Counted from the stretch's first letter, positions 14,876 through 23,878 are shown. The stretch: 64,000 bases of DNA from Acidobacteriota bacterium (GCA_022340775.1 JAJDNH010000029.1:1653-65652); one strand, 5' to 3'. Made by a program: numbers and translations. The notes: a model not told the origin generated them from the sequence alone.

Positions 14876-16309
14876 ATGAAGAGCATCGTCTCGTCGTTCA
14901 TTCTCATCGTGGCCGCGGCGGCGGCGCCCGCGCTGGCCCAGTACACTCCCGTCAAAGGCGAGGCGCCCTCGCCACCGGCGGGGTTGAGCTCAACCATGTT
15001 GAACGAGCTGCAGAGCTCGTTCGAGATGACGCCGCAGATGCGGGCCACCCGCAACGCCCTCGCGAACCACAGTATTCACTCTTTGGCTATCGACCAGGAC
15101 GTCGTCAACCGCACCGACAACCTGTTCACGCACGAGATCAAACACCCCGGCTCCATCACCAACCAGGCGTCTTCCGGCCGCTGCTGGCTGTTCGCCGGTC
15201 TGAACATCCTGCGGCCGGTGGTCATGAACAAGTTCAACATGAAAGACTTCACGCTCTCGCAGGCGTACGAGCAGTTCTTCCAGAAGCTGGAGGCCGCCAA
15301 CCGATCCCTGGAGCTGGCCATCACGCTGCGAGACGAGCCCCTGCACAGCCGCCGCATGGACACGCTGCTCAAGCACGTGATCAGCGACGGCGGCAACTGG
15401 AACTACGTTCAGGCGCTGATCGAGAAGTACGGCGCGGTGCCGGAGAGCGTGATGCCGAACGGCTATGCCGCCTCTCACACGCGGGAGATGAACGCACTGA
15501 TGGCCGCGCGCCTGCGCAAGGCCGTCGCCCAGATCCGCAAGCAGGCTGGGGAGGGCGCCGATGTAGCCACCCTGCGGCAGCTCAAGACGGGCGTCCTCAA
15601 GGACGTCTACAAGATCCTCGTCCTCTGCCTCGGCCAGCCCCCCCAGACCTTCACCTGGCGCTACGAGACGAAGGATGACAAGGTCAGCGCCCTCGAGACC
15701 TACACCCCGCTCTCTTTCTACCAGAAGTTCCTGGGCGCCGACCTCAACGACTTCGTGCGCTTCGTCAACTACCCGGGCCAGCCAATGCACGCCAACCTCG
15801 AGTGGGCGTGGGAACGCAACATGGCCGACCGGCCCGACCTCGAAGCGGTCAACGTCACCATGAAGGAGCTCGAGGACATGTCTCTCAAGTCCGTCCTTGC
15901 CGATGAGCCGGTCTGGTTCGGCGCCAACTCCGCCGCCGACGGTGACTACAAGAAGGGACTGTGGATCGACGGCATCGTGGACGCGACCGACGTGTTCGGC
16001 ATCGACTTCTCGATGGACAAGGCCGACGCCCTGGCCTACGACAACGGCACCCCCAACCACGCGATGGTGTTCACCGGGGTGGACGTCCAGGACGGCGCGC
16101 CAGCCAAGTGGAAGGTCGAGAACTCGTGGGGCACCAAAGCTGGAGACAAGGGATGGTTCACGATCGGCGCCCGTTGGTTCGACAGACACGTCTTCGAGGT
16201 CATCATCAACAAGCGGTTCGTGCCGCCCGATCTTCTGAAGCTGACAGACCAGAAGGCCTTGGTGCTGCCGCCCTGGGACCCCTTCAGCGACTGGGCCAGC
16301 GGTCTATAG
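14876..16309 (+). CDS. pepC: C1-family aminopeptidase C / bleomycin-hydrolase-like cysteine peptidase with signal peptide
   Basis: Active-site context QASSGRCWLFAGLN, then HAMVFTGVD and ENSWG. C-terminal PPWDPF tail. N-terminal MKSIVSSFILIVAAAAAPALAQ. ATG at 14876 follows GGAGG. Confidence 0.8.
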   Translation: MKSIVSSFILIVAAAAAPALAQYTPVKGEAPSPPAGLSSTMLNELQSSFEMTPQMRATRNALANHSIHSLAIDQDVVNRTDNLFTHEIKHPGSITNQASSGRCWLFAGLNILRPVVMNKFNMKDFTLSQAYEQFFQKLEAANRSLELAITLRDEPLHSRRMDTLLKHVISDGGNWNYVQALIEKYGAVPESVMPNGYAASHTREMNALMAARLRKAVAQIRKQAGEGADVATLRQLKTGVLKDVYKILVLCLGQPPQTFTWRYETKDDKVSALETYTPLSFYQKFLGADLNDFVRFVNYPGQPMHANLEWAWERNMADRPDLEAVNVTMKELEDMSLKSVLADEPVWFGANSAADGDYKKGLWIDGIVDATDVFGIDFSMDKADALAYDNGTPNHAMVFTGVDVQDGAPAKWKVENSWGTKAGDKGWFTIGARWFDRHVFEVIINKRFVPPDLLKLTDQKALVLPPWDPFSDWASGL

Positions 16310-16442
16310 AGGGTGCTGGCACGCGCCCCAGCTGCTTGAATTGAACAGGGGTCGCCGCGACGGTACCATGGAGAAGACGTCTCGGCTCAAACCAGGTCGG
16401 CGGCGCCCGGCGGGCCGCCAAGCAGCACACGAGGGGTTCCCC

Positions 16443-16820
16443 ATGGAATCGTACGACAAGACCCGTCGCGACCCACGAGCTCCCTTCGAGGGAGACGTCC
16501 GCATCGAGTTTTCCAACCTGTCATCGTTCGTCTCCGAGTGCGTCACCAACATCTCCCTCGGGGGTATGTTCATCAGTACTACCAGGCTAGCGCCACTGGG
16601 AACACGGTTCCGTTTCGAGCTCGCGGTCAGCAGCGGCCTCGACCTGGTGTCCGGCGAAGCCGAGGTGGTTTGGACCCACGAGCAGACGACCTCTCCGCTC
16701 GACCCTGCCGGTATGGGGGTTCGCTTCATCAAGCTGGACGGTGACAGCCGGGAGGTCATCTTCAAGATCGTCGATACCTTCATCCAGGAGACCGGCCGCG
16801 ACCCGTTCTCGCTCGAGTAG
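16443..16820 (+). CDS. PilZ-domain protein (myxobacterial-paralog type)
   Basis: Motifs RRDPRAPFEGDVRIEF, NISLGGMFI and VVWT..GMGVRF. The start at ATG 16443 is chosen for the GAGGGG RBS; alternatives are at 16368 and 16341. Confidence 0.65.
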   Translation: MESYDKTRRDPRAPFEGDVRIEFSNLSSFVSECVTNISLGGMFISTTRLAPLGTRFRFELAVSSGLDLVSGEAEVVWTHEQTTSPLDPAGMGVRFIKLDGDSREVIFKIVDTFIQETGRDPFSLE

Positions 16821-17279
16821 GACCCTGCCGGCATAGGCCTGCGGCTCCGTGTGGGCTGGCGAGGCGGCGACAGGCGCCTATGCCGCCAGGCTCCTCGCTG
16901 AAGCATTTTGTCCGATCGCCAAGGGCCGTGGGAGGCCGGCATTCTCCGTAGATCCGGTGCCCGGACGTCTGCTCTGCAGACGCCCGTCGTCACCTGCCTC
17001 GGAGCGGGCAAGGACCTCCATCAGTTCAGGGCTCTCAAGGCCCGCTCCGGGCAGACAACGAGGCGCCTCCATCGCAGCTGAGGCCACACGGGCAAACGCA
17101 CTTCCCGGAGGTTGCCAAGCTCGAGGTTTCCTGCCACCGCGCCGGCATAGAGAACGCACTCCAGGAAACCTCGAGGCATGGCACGCCCCGCCGAGCGCGC
17201 CATGCTCTGGAGCGCGCTACAGCCGCGTTCTCCGAACGGGTGGGGATTCTGTCTTCTAACCTCTAATCTCTTCCTGTGT

Positions 17280-17403
17280 GGGCGGGGGTCGCCTCACTCC
17301 TTACTCCTCACTCCTCACTCTCTCGGGTGGGCGGGGGAGCGTTTCCCGTATTCCGTTTCCCCGGGTGGGTGGGCGGCTCGGTCACTCCGTCACTCCGTCA
17401 CCC
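17280..17403. repeat. Composite intergenic repeat, copy B
   Basis: G-tract at 17280-17288. TCACTCC heptamer array at 17289-17324. G-tract at 17325-17337. TTTCCCGT-like units at 17338-17362. G-tract at 17363-17376. Two CACTCCGT copies at 17383-17398. It matches copy A at 97-217 in module order. Confidence 0.8.
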
Positions 17404-18595
17404 TATGGACGGTCTCGGGAACCCAGCGTAGGACCACCCAGGCGCCGACAAGGCACATCACGCCGCCGATCATGAACGGCATCTCGAACGAGTGCACCGC
17501 CAGCAAGCCAGCGATCAGCGGGCCGAGGGCGAGGCCGAGCCCGAAGCCCATGGTGACCACGCTCATCTGCCGGCCCTCGCCGCCGCTGGTCGACAGGTCG
17601 GCCGCCACGGCGAAGGCTGGCGCCGCGATGGCCGCGGCCGCCAGCCCCTGAAATAGGCGCAGGCCGGTGAGCTGGAGCGTACTCGACGCGAACCCCAGCA
17701 GCGCGGTGGCCGGCCCCATCAGGAACAGCCCGCTGATGAGAAGCGGCTTGCGACCGACGTGGTCCGACAGCCGTCCCAGGGGAACCTGGAACAGCAGGCG
17801 GCTCACCATCAGCGCGCTGAACGCTACCGAGAAGCCGAACGCCGTCTGATGAAGCCGCTGGTTGAACTCCTGCTCGAGCGTGGTCATCATAGAAAACGAG
17901 CTGGCCATCAGGAAGGTGGCGACGCCCGCGCCGACGATGCCGGCACTCAGCAGCTTCGGGTCGAAGACCCTGAACCGCTCGGCCGGGCTCGGCGATTGAG
18001 CCGCCGGCGGCTCCTTGATCCACACGGCGACGGTGACCAGCCCCAGCAGGACGAAGGCGGCGCCCGCGATGAACGCCGAGGCGAAGCCGGCCTTCACCAC
18101 CAGGAAGCCGCCAATCAGCGGCCCGCCGGCGAACCCCACCATGCGCAGCGTACTGTAGATACCCATCGAGCTGCCACGCGTCTCCCGCCTGGTCACGGCT
18201 GCCATCAGCGCCATCGAGGCAGGAATCGTCAGCGCCACGCCAATACCCTGCAGCATGCGCAGCAGCAGCAGGTCGAGAAAGCGGGTCGCGGCCAGGAACC
18301 CGAGCGTCCCCCCACCCATGACCACGAGCCCGGCCATGATCATCGGCTTGCGGCGGCCCAGGCGGTCGCTCCAGGCGCCTGCCACCGACTGCAGGACGGC
18401 GCTCACCAGGCCGTACAGGGAAAGCAGGAGGCCGACCCGAACCGTCTCCGGAACCCGGAACACGGGCGCCGAGAGCTTGGCCACGTACAGGGGCAGCACG
18501 ATGAACAGGATGCTGTTGCCGATCGCGTCGCCCAGGCGTGCAATCGACAGCGCCATGACCGTGCGGTTGATCCCCCAGCTCTCGGCTCTCCCCAT
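17390..18595 (-). CDS. MFS transporter
   Basis: About 12 hydrophobic helices. MFS motif A is GAWSDRLGRRKP. The stop codon lies in repeat copy B. Confidence 0.85.
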   Translation of the reverse strand: MGRAESWGINRTVMALSIARLGDAIGNSILFIVLPLYVAKLSAPVFRVPETVRVGLLLSLYGLVSAVLQSVAGAWSDRLGRRKPMIMAGLVVMGGGTLGFLAATRFLDLLLLRMLQGIGVALTIPASMALMAAVTRRETRGSSMGIYSTLRMVGFAGGPLIGGFLVVKAGFASAFIAGAAFVLLGLVTVAVWIKEPPAAQSPSPAERFRVFDPKLLSAGIVGAGVATFLMASSFSMMTTLEQEFNQRLHQTAFGFSVAFSALMVSRLLFQVPLGRLSDHVGRKPLLISGLFLMGPATALLGFASSTLQLTGLRLFQGLAAAAIAAPAFAVAADLSTSGGEGRQMSVVTMGFGLGLALGPLIAGLLAVHSFEMPFMIGGVMCLVGAWVVLRWVPETVHRVTE

Positions 18596-18740
18596 CGACG
18601 CCTCGCTTCCTTCCGCACAGACGCCGCGCCGAGCGACGACCCGCGTCGCAGGAGTCTACCTTTTCCTGCTTCGTAGGGGAGAAAGGTGGAGCGCGCCGAG
18701 TTGCGAGGGGACGGCGCCGTTGATCACGGGCCCTGGAGTT

Positions 18741-20342
18741 TCACCCTGCCGCCGCTGACGTCTGCTCGTCGACAACCGGCTCCAACCAGCGCGCTTCTTC
18801 GAACACTCGCGAACGATCGTTTTCGGCTCTGGCTTCGGCCGCCGCCTTGGCAATCCGCGGCAGGACGTGCTCCTCGGTGTAGCGGATCATGTGCTCGCCC
18901 TTGATGGCGCAGGTCACCGCTCGCCGGAACGCCTTTGGGGCCCGCGTCAAGGTATGCCACAGCAGGGCCCAGAAGTGCCTCCGACGGCGCCCGAGAATAC
19001 CAACGTGAAGGACCCCGTTGAAAAACGCCGCCAAGTCCGAGAGCCCACGACCGCGTACCGGTGGAGTCCTGCCGACTCGGCCCAGGAAGGTGGCGCAGCG
19101 TCGGTAGTACTCGCGGGGACAGTAGAGCTCGGCGAGCAGCTCGGCGTACCCTCGGAGCAGCGTCTCTTCGTCCATCACCGGCTCGAAGTTGGGTCGGTCG
19201 AACTGGTCTCCGGAGGGGTTCCCGCGCAGTCTTCCCTCCAGTTCGAGGCGCCGCCAGAGGGCGGTCCCCGGAACCGCGCTGAGGAGGCCGATCATTGCCA
19301 GCGGAATAGGAGCCGAGTAAAGGAGCTCGCGATGGGCGGCGAAGATGTCCGGGCCGTCCGTGTCGAAGCCGACGATGAAGCCACCCATGACCTCGAGGCC
19401 GGCGCCGGTCAGGAGATCCACGGCCTGCGTGGTCTCGACTTTGAGGTTCTGAAGCTTGCCGCACGACCGGAGCGCCTCTTCGGACGGTGTCTCGATGCCG
19501 ACGAAGACCGCGGAGAAGCCGGCCCGAACCATCTCCCGCACCAGACTGGGATCGCGGGCGAGGTCGAGGCTCGCCTCGGTGTAGAGGTCGAACGGATGGC
19601 CACGTGCTTCCTGCCAATGGGCCACGGTCGGCAGCAGCCGGCGGACCTCACGACGGTTGCCGATGAAGTTGTCGTCGACGAAGAACAGCGAGCCCCGCCA
19701 CCCCAGCTCGTACAGGCGATCGAGCTCTGCCAGCACCTGCGGCGGGTGCTTGACCCGCGGCACGCGCCCGAAGAGCTGGACGATATCGCAGAACTCGCAG
19801 TCATAGGGGCAGCCGCGCGAGTACTGCACGCTCATCGACGCGTAGCCGTCCAGGTCGAGCAGGTCGAAGCGCGCCGCCGGCACCCCATTCATCGCCGGAA
19901 AGGTCTTCGCGGGCGGCGTCAGCACGAGCGGACCGTCGCCACCTGCCGAGATGGCCCGCACCAGCTCGCCGACCCTTCCCTCGACCTCGCCGCGGAACAC
20001 CACGTCCGCGCCTTCGAACAGCTCGGGCGACTCGCTGGGAGCGGGGCCGCCGACCACCACGCGTCTCCCACACTCCCGGGCGCGCGCCATCACCTGCCGC
20101 ATCGACCCGAGCTGGAGAAGCATGCCGCCGATCAGCACCGCATCGGCCCAGATCAGGTCGGCGTCTGCCAGCGGGCGCAGGTTGAGGTCGACAAGCCGCA
20201 GCTCCCAGGTCGGAGGCAGGCAGGCCGCCACTGTGATCAGACCGAGGGGAGGGAGCGACGCCTTCTTGCCGATGACTTGCAGGCTGTATTGGTACCCCCA
20301 GTAGGTCGTCGGAAAGCGGGGGTTCACAAGCAGCACCTTCAT
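18741..20342 (-). CDS. B12-binding (class B) radical SAM protein, DUF4070-type C-terminus
   Basis: N-terminus MKVLLVNPRFP...LPPLGLITVAACLP (B12-binding fold). Radical SAM motif CPYDCEFC (CX3CX2C). Confidence 0.85.
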   Translation of the reverse strand: MKVLLVNPRFPTTYWGYQYSLQVIGKKASLPPLGLITVAACLPPTWELRLVDLNLRPLADADLIWADAVLIGGMLLQLGSMRQVMARARECGRRVVVGGPAPSESPELFEGADVVFRGEVEGRVGELVRAISAGGDGPLVLTPPAKTFPAMNGVPAARFDLLDLDGYASMSVQYSRGCPYDCEFCDIVQLFGRVPRVKHPPQVLAELDRLYELGWRGSLFFVDDNFIGNRREVRRLLPTVAHWQEARGHPFDLYTEASLDLARDPSLVREMVRAGFSAVFVGIETPSEEALRSCGKLQNLKVETTQAVDLLTGAGLEVMGGFIVGFDTDGPDIFAAHRELLYSAPIPLAMIGLLSAVPGTALWRRLELEGRLRGNPSGDQFDRPNFEPVMDEETLLRGYAELLAELYCPREYYRRCATFLGRVGRTPPVRGRGLSDLAAFFNGVLHVGILGRRRRHFWALLWHTLTRAPKAFRRAVTCAIKGEHMIRYTEEHVLPRIAKAAAEARAENDRSRVFEEARWLEPVVDEQTSAAAG

Positions 20343-20363
20343 GCCACCGTTATCGGACGGGCC

Positions 20364-20396
20364 TGTCAGCGACGTGTCACGACCGTGTCAGCGTTC
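20364..20396. promoter_or_regulatory. three tandem 11-bp TGTCA(G/C) repeats upstream of the radical SAM gene
   Basis: The units TGTCAGCGACG, TGTCACGACCG and TGTCAGCGTTC start at 20364, 20375 and 20386. This is an exact one-helical-turn periodicity. They lie 22-54 nt upstream of the ATG at 20342 on the minus strand, just downstream of an OmpR-family regulator gene. Confidence 0.3.
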
Positions 20397-20445
20397 GTAG
20401 TCCTGAGCCTCTACGGACAATCTCCTACCCCGCGGTGAAGAGGAA

Positions 20446-20610
20446 AACCACGGATTACACGGATGACGCCGATGAAGAAAACAAGACCGATAGGCCGTTT
20501 GCCGCCTCACGTGAAAACCCCTCCGACATCTCGTCCAGACCTCGCGTGCCCGACAGGAGCTCTGGCTGCCCTTTCCCTGTAGATCAGTGCAATCCGTGAA
20601 ATCCGTGGTT
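20446..20610. repeat. MITE/REP-like element, copy 1 (19-bp terminal inverted repeats built from 9-mer ATCCGTGNA units)
   Basis: The left arm AACCACGGATTACACGGAT (20446-20464) and right arm ATCCGTGAAATCCGTGGTT (20592-20610) are 18/19 complementary. A related pair lies at 49514-49675. Confidence 0.7.
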
Positions 20611-20674
20611 CAGGCCCTCCCCTCCGTGACAAGGACACAGTCGTGTTGGCTCGAAGGAACCGACGGTCTGCGGA

Positions 20675-21361
20675 TCAGCGGACGAGGCGGTAGCCGGCGC
20701 CGCGCACCGTCAGCAGGTGACGAGGGTGCGCGGGGTCGTCCTCGAGCTTGGCACGCAGTTGGACGATGAAGTTGTCGACGCTGCGGACGGTTCCGTGGTG
20801 AATGGGGCCCCACACCGCATCCATGATCTGCTCCCGCGACAGCACGCGTGGGCTGGCGCGCAGCAGCGCCGCGAGCACGTCGAACTCGGTGGGGGTGAGG
20901 GTGATCGGAGAGCCGGCGCGTCGCACCTCCCGGGTGGTGGGGTCGGCCTCGACATCTCCGAAGGACCAGAGGGGCTCACCCGGATGGTTACGCCGCCGCA
21001 GCAGGGCGCGAACTCGAGCCAGTAGCTCGGCGACCGAGAATGGCTTGGTCACGTAGTCGTCGGCGCCGAGGTTGAGGCCCATGATCTTGTCGACCTCCGC
21101 AGACCTCGCGCTGAGCACGAGGACCGGCGTTCGGTCGTGCTCGGCGCGCAGGGTGCACAGGACCTCGTAGCCGTTGCTCTTCGGCAGCATGAGGTCGAGG
21201 ACGATAAGATCCCAATCCTCCTCCCGCGCACGCCGAAGCCCGGCTTCGCCGTCCTCGGCGCCGCCGACGACGCACCCCTCCCGCTCGAGGTTCATCCTCA
21301 GACCGAGGAGGATGGAGGCCTCGTCCTCCACCACCAGAACACGCGGAGCGCCGTCAGTCAC
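20675..21361 (-). CDS. OmpR-family response regulator
   Basis: Receiver residues VVEDE, LIVLDLMLP and LVLSA. Winged-helix C-terminus LLTVRGAGYRLV. GTG at 21361 overlaps the kinase stop by 8 nt. Confidence 0.9.
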   Translation of the reverse strand: MTDGAPRVLVVEDEASILLGLRMNLEREGCVVGGAEDGEAGLRRAREEDWDLIVLDLMLPKSNGYEVLCTLRAEHDRTPVLVLSARSAEVDKIMGLNLGADDYVTKPFSVAELLARVRALLRRRNHPGEPLWSFGDVEADPTTREVRRAGSPITLTPTEFDVLAALLRASPRVLSREQIMDAVWGPIHHGTVRSVDNFIVQLRAKLEDDPAHPRHLLTVRGAGYRLVR

Positions 21362-22343
21362 GGTCTCCCCCCACCATCCGCCCGACCGGAGTCGGGAGCG
21401 GCCGCCGCGTTGGTACCTTCGCCCGCCGCACCACAATGGTGAAGGTGCTGCCCTTGCCGGGCTCGCTCTGGACCTCGACCCGCCCCCCGTGGCCCTTCGC
21501 CACGTGACGCACGATGGCGAGCCCGAGACCCGAGCCCCCGACCTCTCGCGACAACCGGTCGTCGGCGCGGTAGAACTTCTCGAAGATGCGTCGGTGCTCA
21601 CGGCGGGGGATGCCGATCCCGCGGTCTGTGACCGCAAAGCGGACGGCGCTCCCCTTCGTTTCCACACTCAAGAGGATCGGCTCGTCACCGCCGCCGTACT
21701 TGTGGGCGTTGAAGAGGAGGTTCACGAGGGCATCCACGAGCGCGCCTCGGTCAACATCGATCTCTGGAAGCTCCGGATCGAGCTCGACCTGAACCGGCAC
21801 CGCCGCTCCAACTGTGGCGGCACGAAACGCCTGCAGGGCCCCCTCAACGACATCGGTCGGCGGCGTCGGCCGGCACTCGTAGATGCGGCGGCCAGACTCC
21901 ATCTTGCCCCAGTCCAGCAACCGCTCGATCTTCTCGCTGAGGCGGACCGCCTCCCGCTCCAATGTCTCCAGACACAACCTCCGCTCTTCAGCTGCCATGT
22001 CGGAACCGGTGTGCAGCATCTCGGCGAACATCCGGATCGAGGTCAGCGGAGTGCGAAGCTCATGGCTCACTTTCGACACGAAGTCGAGCTGCAGCCTGGA
22101 GACGGCGGCCTCCCGCCGCAGCAGGACCAGCGCCAACACGGTACCCGTGATCAGGCACGCCACCAGCGCGGTCACCAGAATCCCGAACAGGAGGTTGAGA
22201 TGCGCCCGCCAGAACACGAGCATCAGGATGCCGACCGCAAGCAGGGCCGCGGTCGGTAGGATAACCAGCCACACCTGCAGCTCGAAAATCAGGCGGAAGC
22301 CACGGTTGCCGGCAGTGCGGCCAGCAGTATGAGTGTTGTGCAC
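21354..22343 (-). CDS. membrane sensor histidine kinase (short, no periplasmic domain)
   Basis: Two N-terminal TM helices. H-box SHELRTPLTSI. ATPase boxes LLFNAHKY, DRGIGI and GSGLGLA. Confidence 0.9.
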   Translation of the reverse strand: MHNTHTAGRTAGNRGFRLIFELQVWLVILPTAALLAVGILMLVFWRAHLNLLFGILVTALVACLITGTVLALVLLRREAAVSRLQLDFVSKVSHELRTPLTSIRMFAEMLHTGSDMAAEERRLCLETLEREAVRLSEKIERLLDWGKMESGRRIYECRPTPPTDVVEGALQAFRAATVGAAVPVQVELDPELPEIDVDRGALVDALVNLLFNAHKYGGGDEPILLSVETKGSAVRFAVTDRGIGIPRREHRRIFEKFYRADDRLSREVGGSGLGLAIVRHVAKGHGGRVEVQSEPGKGSTFTIVVRRAKVPTRRPLPTPVGRMVGGDRD

Positions 22344-22394
22344 CGTTCTATCGTACCGCGCGGGCGGCCCGCGTGGTGAGGCCGCGCCCGCCGG

Positions 22395-23834
22395 TCAGTG
22401 GTGGCTGTCCGCACCTTCGAGCCGCGTCACGATTTCCAGGTAGCCCTTCTGGGCACGGAGAGTGGCCAGGTCGGCGTCACTCTGCATGTGAGCGAGGTCG
22501 TGGTAGCCGCAGTCCACGGCTCGTCGCAGTGCGGTGATGGCGTCCGCCACCCGACCGGTCCTCGCACGGACGCAGGCCAGGTTGTACCACACGTCGGGAC
22601 GGTTCGGCTTGATACGCGCGGCCACCGTCAGCACCGTGTCTGCATCCCCGTACCGCCCGGCCGCGAAGAAGTCGCGCGTCATGTAGAACGAGGTGCGGGT
22701 GAAGACGGTCTCGAGCAGACGGCGAGCGGCCATCCCTTCCGCCCCGCCCTTCCCGGCTCGCTGCAGCAGCTCATCCAGGCGCAGGTCGGCCTCCAGGCGC
22801 GTCGTCGCCACCACTGCATCCGGCGGCGCGAGCCGCGCCAGCACCTTCCACATCCGCTCGAGGTAGTGCTCTTCGTAGCTCTCCCAGCGCCGCTCGTCCT
22901 TGAGCGCGGCCTTGACCCTGCGGTCACCTTCCAGCCGCCGGGCAGCAGCACGCGGACCGCTGATATCCCGCAGGCCGTCGAAGGTTGCGGCCACCGCGCG
23001 ATAGCGGCGCAAGGCGGCCAACAGCGCCCCACCCTTTGCGAGCTCGTTGGCAGCCGCGAGATCGGCAGCGTACAGCCGCTCGACGAGCGCCGGGTCACGC
23101 GCGCGCAGTCCCTGCTTCATCGCGATCACCTCCATCCACTCAACACCTGCGCGCGCGAGGGACTCGGGCATCCAGTTGTGAGGCCCCGGGAAGAACTCGA
23201 GCCGGTGTGGAAGTCCCTTCTTCTCGAACATGGCGTCGACCCGTCGCATCTCCCAGTAGTTGAAGTCGGCATCGCCGGCGGTGCCGAAGCTGGCGAACGA
23301 CGTCGCGCTCGAGAAGGTCTCCGGCGCCGTTCGCCCACCGCTGGAGATGACGCCGGCCACCTTGCCAGTCTGTGTCGCAGCCACCCAGGCGAGGATCGCC
23401 GTACCGGAAAAGCCCGCCAGGTAGAGTCGCTTGCGGTCCGTAGCGTAGCGGAATGCGGCGTCGGGCAGGAGGGCGTTGATGGCCCGGATGCTCGGGCCCG
23501 TGGGCTCATCGCTGCGGGTGTCATTGGACGAAAGCAGAATCCAACCGTAAGTCTCCGCGGCGTCGCGGAACAGGTTGGCCGCCAGAACCGAGCGGCCCCT
23601 CGGATCCATGACTACGAGCGTCGGCCACATCCGATCCGTGGTGTAGGCGGAGGGCAGGTAGAGGGTGTAGGTCTGAGTCGGATCCTTGCGGCAGGCTACG
23701 CCCTCGACCAGCCTGCCGGTGGGGAACGAGTCGGCCGCCGCTGCCGAGACGGCGAGGGCGATCGCGAGAAGGCCGAGCAGCAGGCAGCACAGGTCTTTGT
23801 GCATCTTGCGCGAAGCAAACCGGTGAAGGACCAT
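22395..23834 (-). CDS. secreted alpha/beta-hydrolase (esterase-like) with C-terminal TPR region
   Basis: Signal peptide LLLGLLAIALAVSAAAA. Nucleophile elbow GFSGTA. TPR-like C-terminus VWYNLACVRARTGRVADAITALRRAV. The start could be the downstream ATG at 23804. Confidence 0.65.
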   Translation of the reverse strand: MVLHRFASRKMHKDLCCLLLGLLAIALAVSAAAADSFPTGRLVEGVACRKDPTQTYTLYLPSAYTTDRMWPTLVVMDPRGRSVLAANLFRDAAETYGWILLSSNDTRSDEPTGPSIRAINALLPDAAFRYATDRKRLYLAGFSGTAILAWVAATQTGKVAGVISSGGRTAPETFSSATSFASFGTAGDADFNYWEMRRVDAMFEKKGLPHRLEFFPGPHNWMPESLARAGVEWMEVIAMKQGLRARDPALVERLYAADLAAANELAKGGALLAALRRYRAVAATFDGLRDISGPRAAARRLEGDRRVKAALKDERRWESYEEHYLERMWKVLARLAPPDAVVATTRLEADLRLDELLQRAGKGGAEGMAARRLLETVFTRTSFYMTRDFFAAGRYGDADTVLTVAARIKPNRPDVWYNLACVRARTGRVADAITALRRAVDCGYHDLAHMQSDADLATLRAQKGYLEIVTRLEGADSHH

Positions 23835-23878
23835 TGCCTGAGGTACGCGGCGCCTGTGGCCGGGTTTCCGGGTGCCCG

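Noticed and set aside
21362-21667. A 102-aa N-terminal extension of the OmpR-family regulator ORF.
   Set aside because: It overlaps the 3' end of the kinase gene in another frame and is Ser/Arg/Gly-rich. The receiver domain begins right after GTG 21361.
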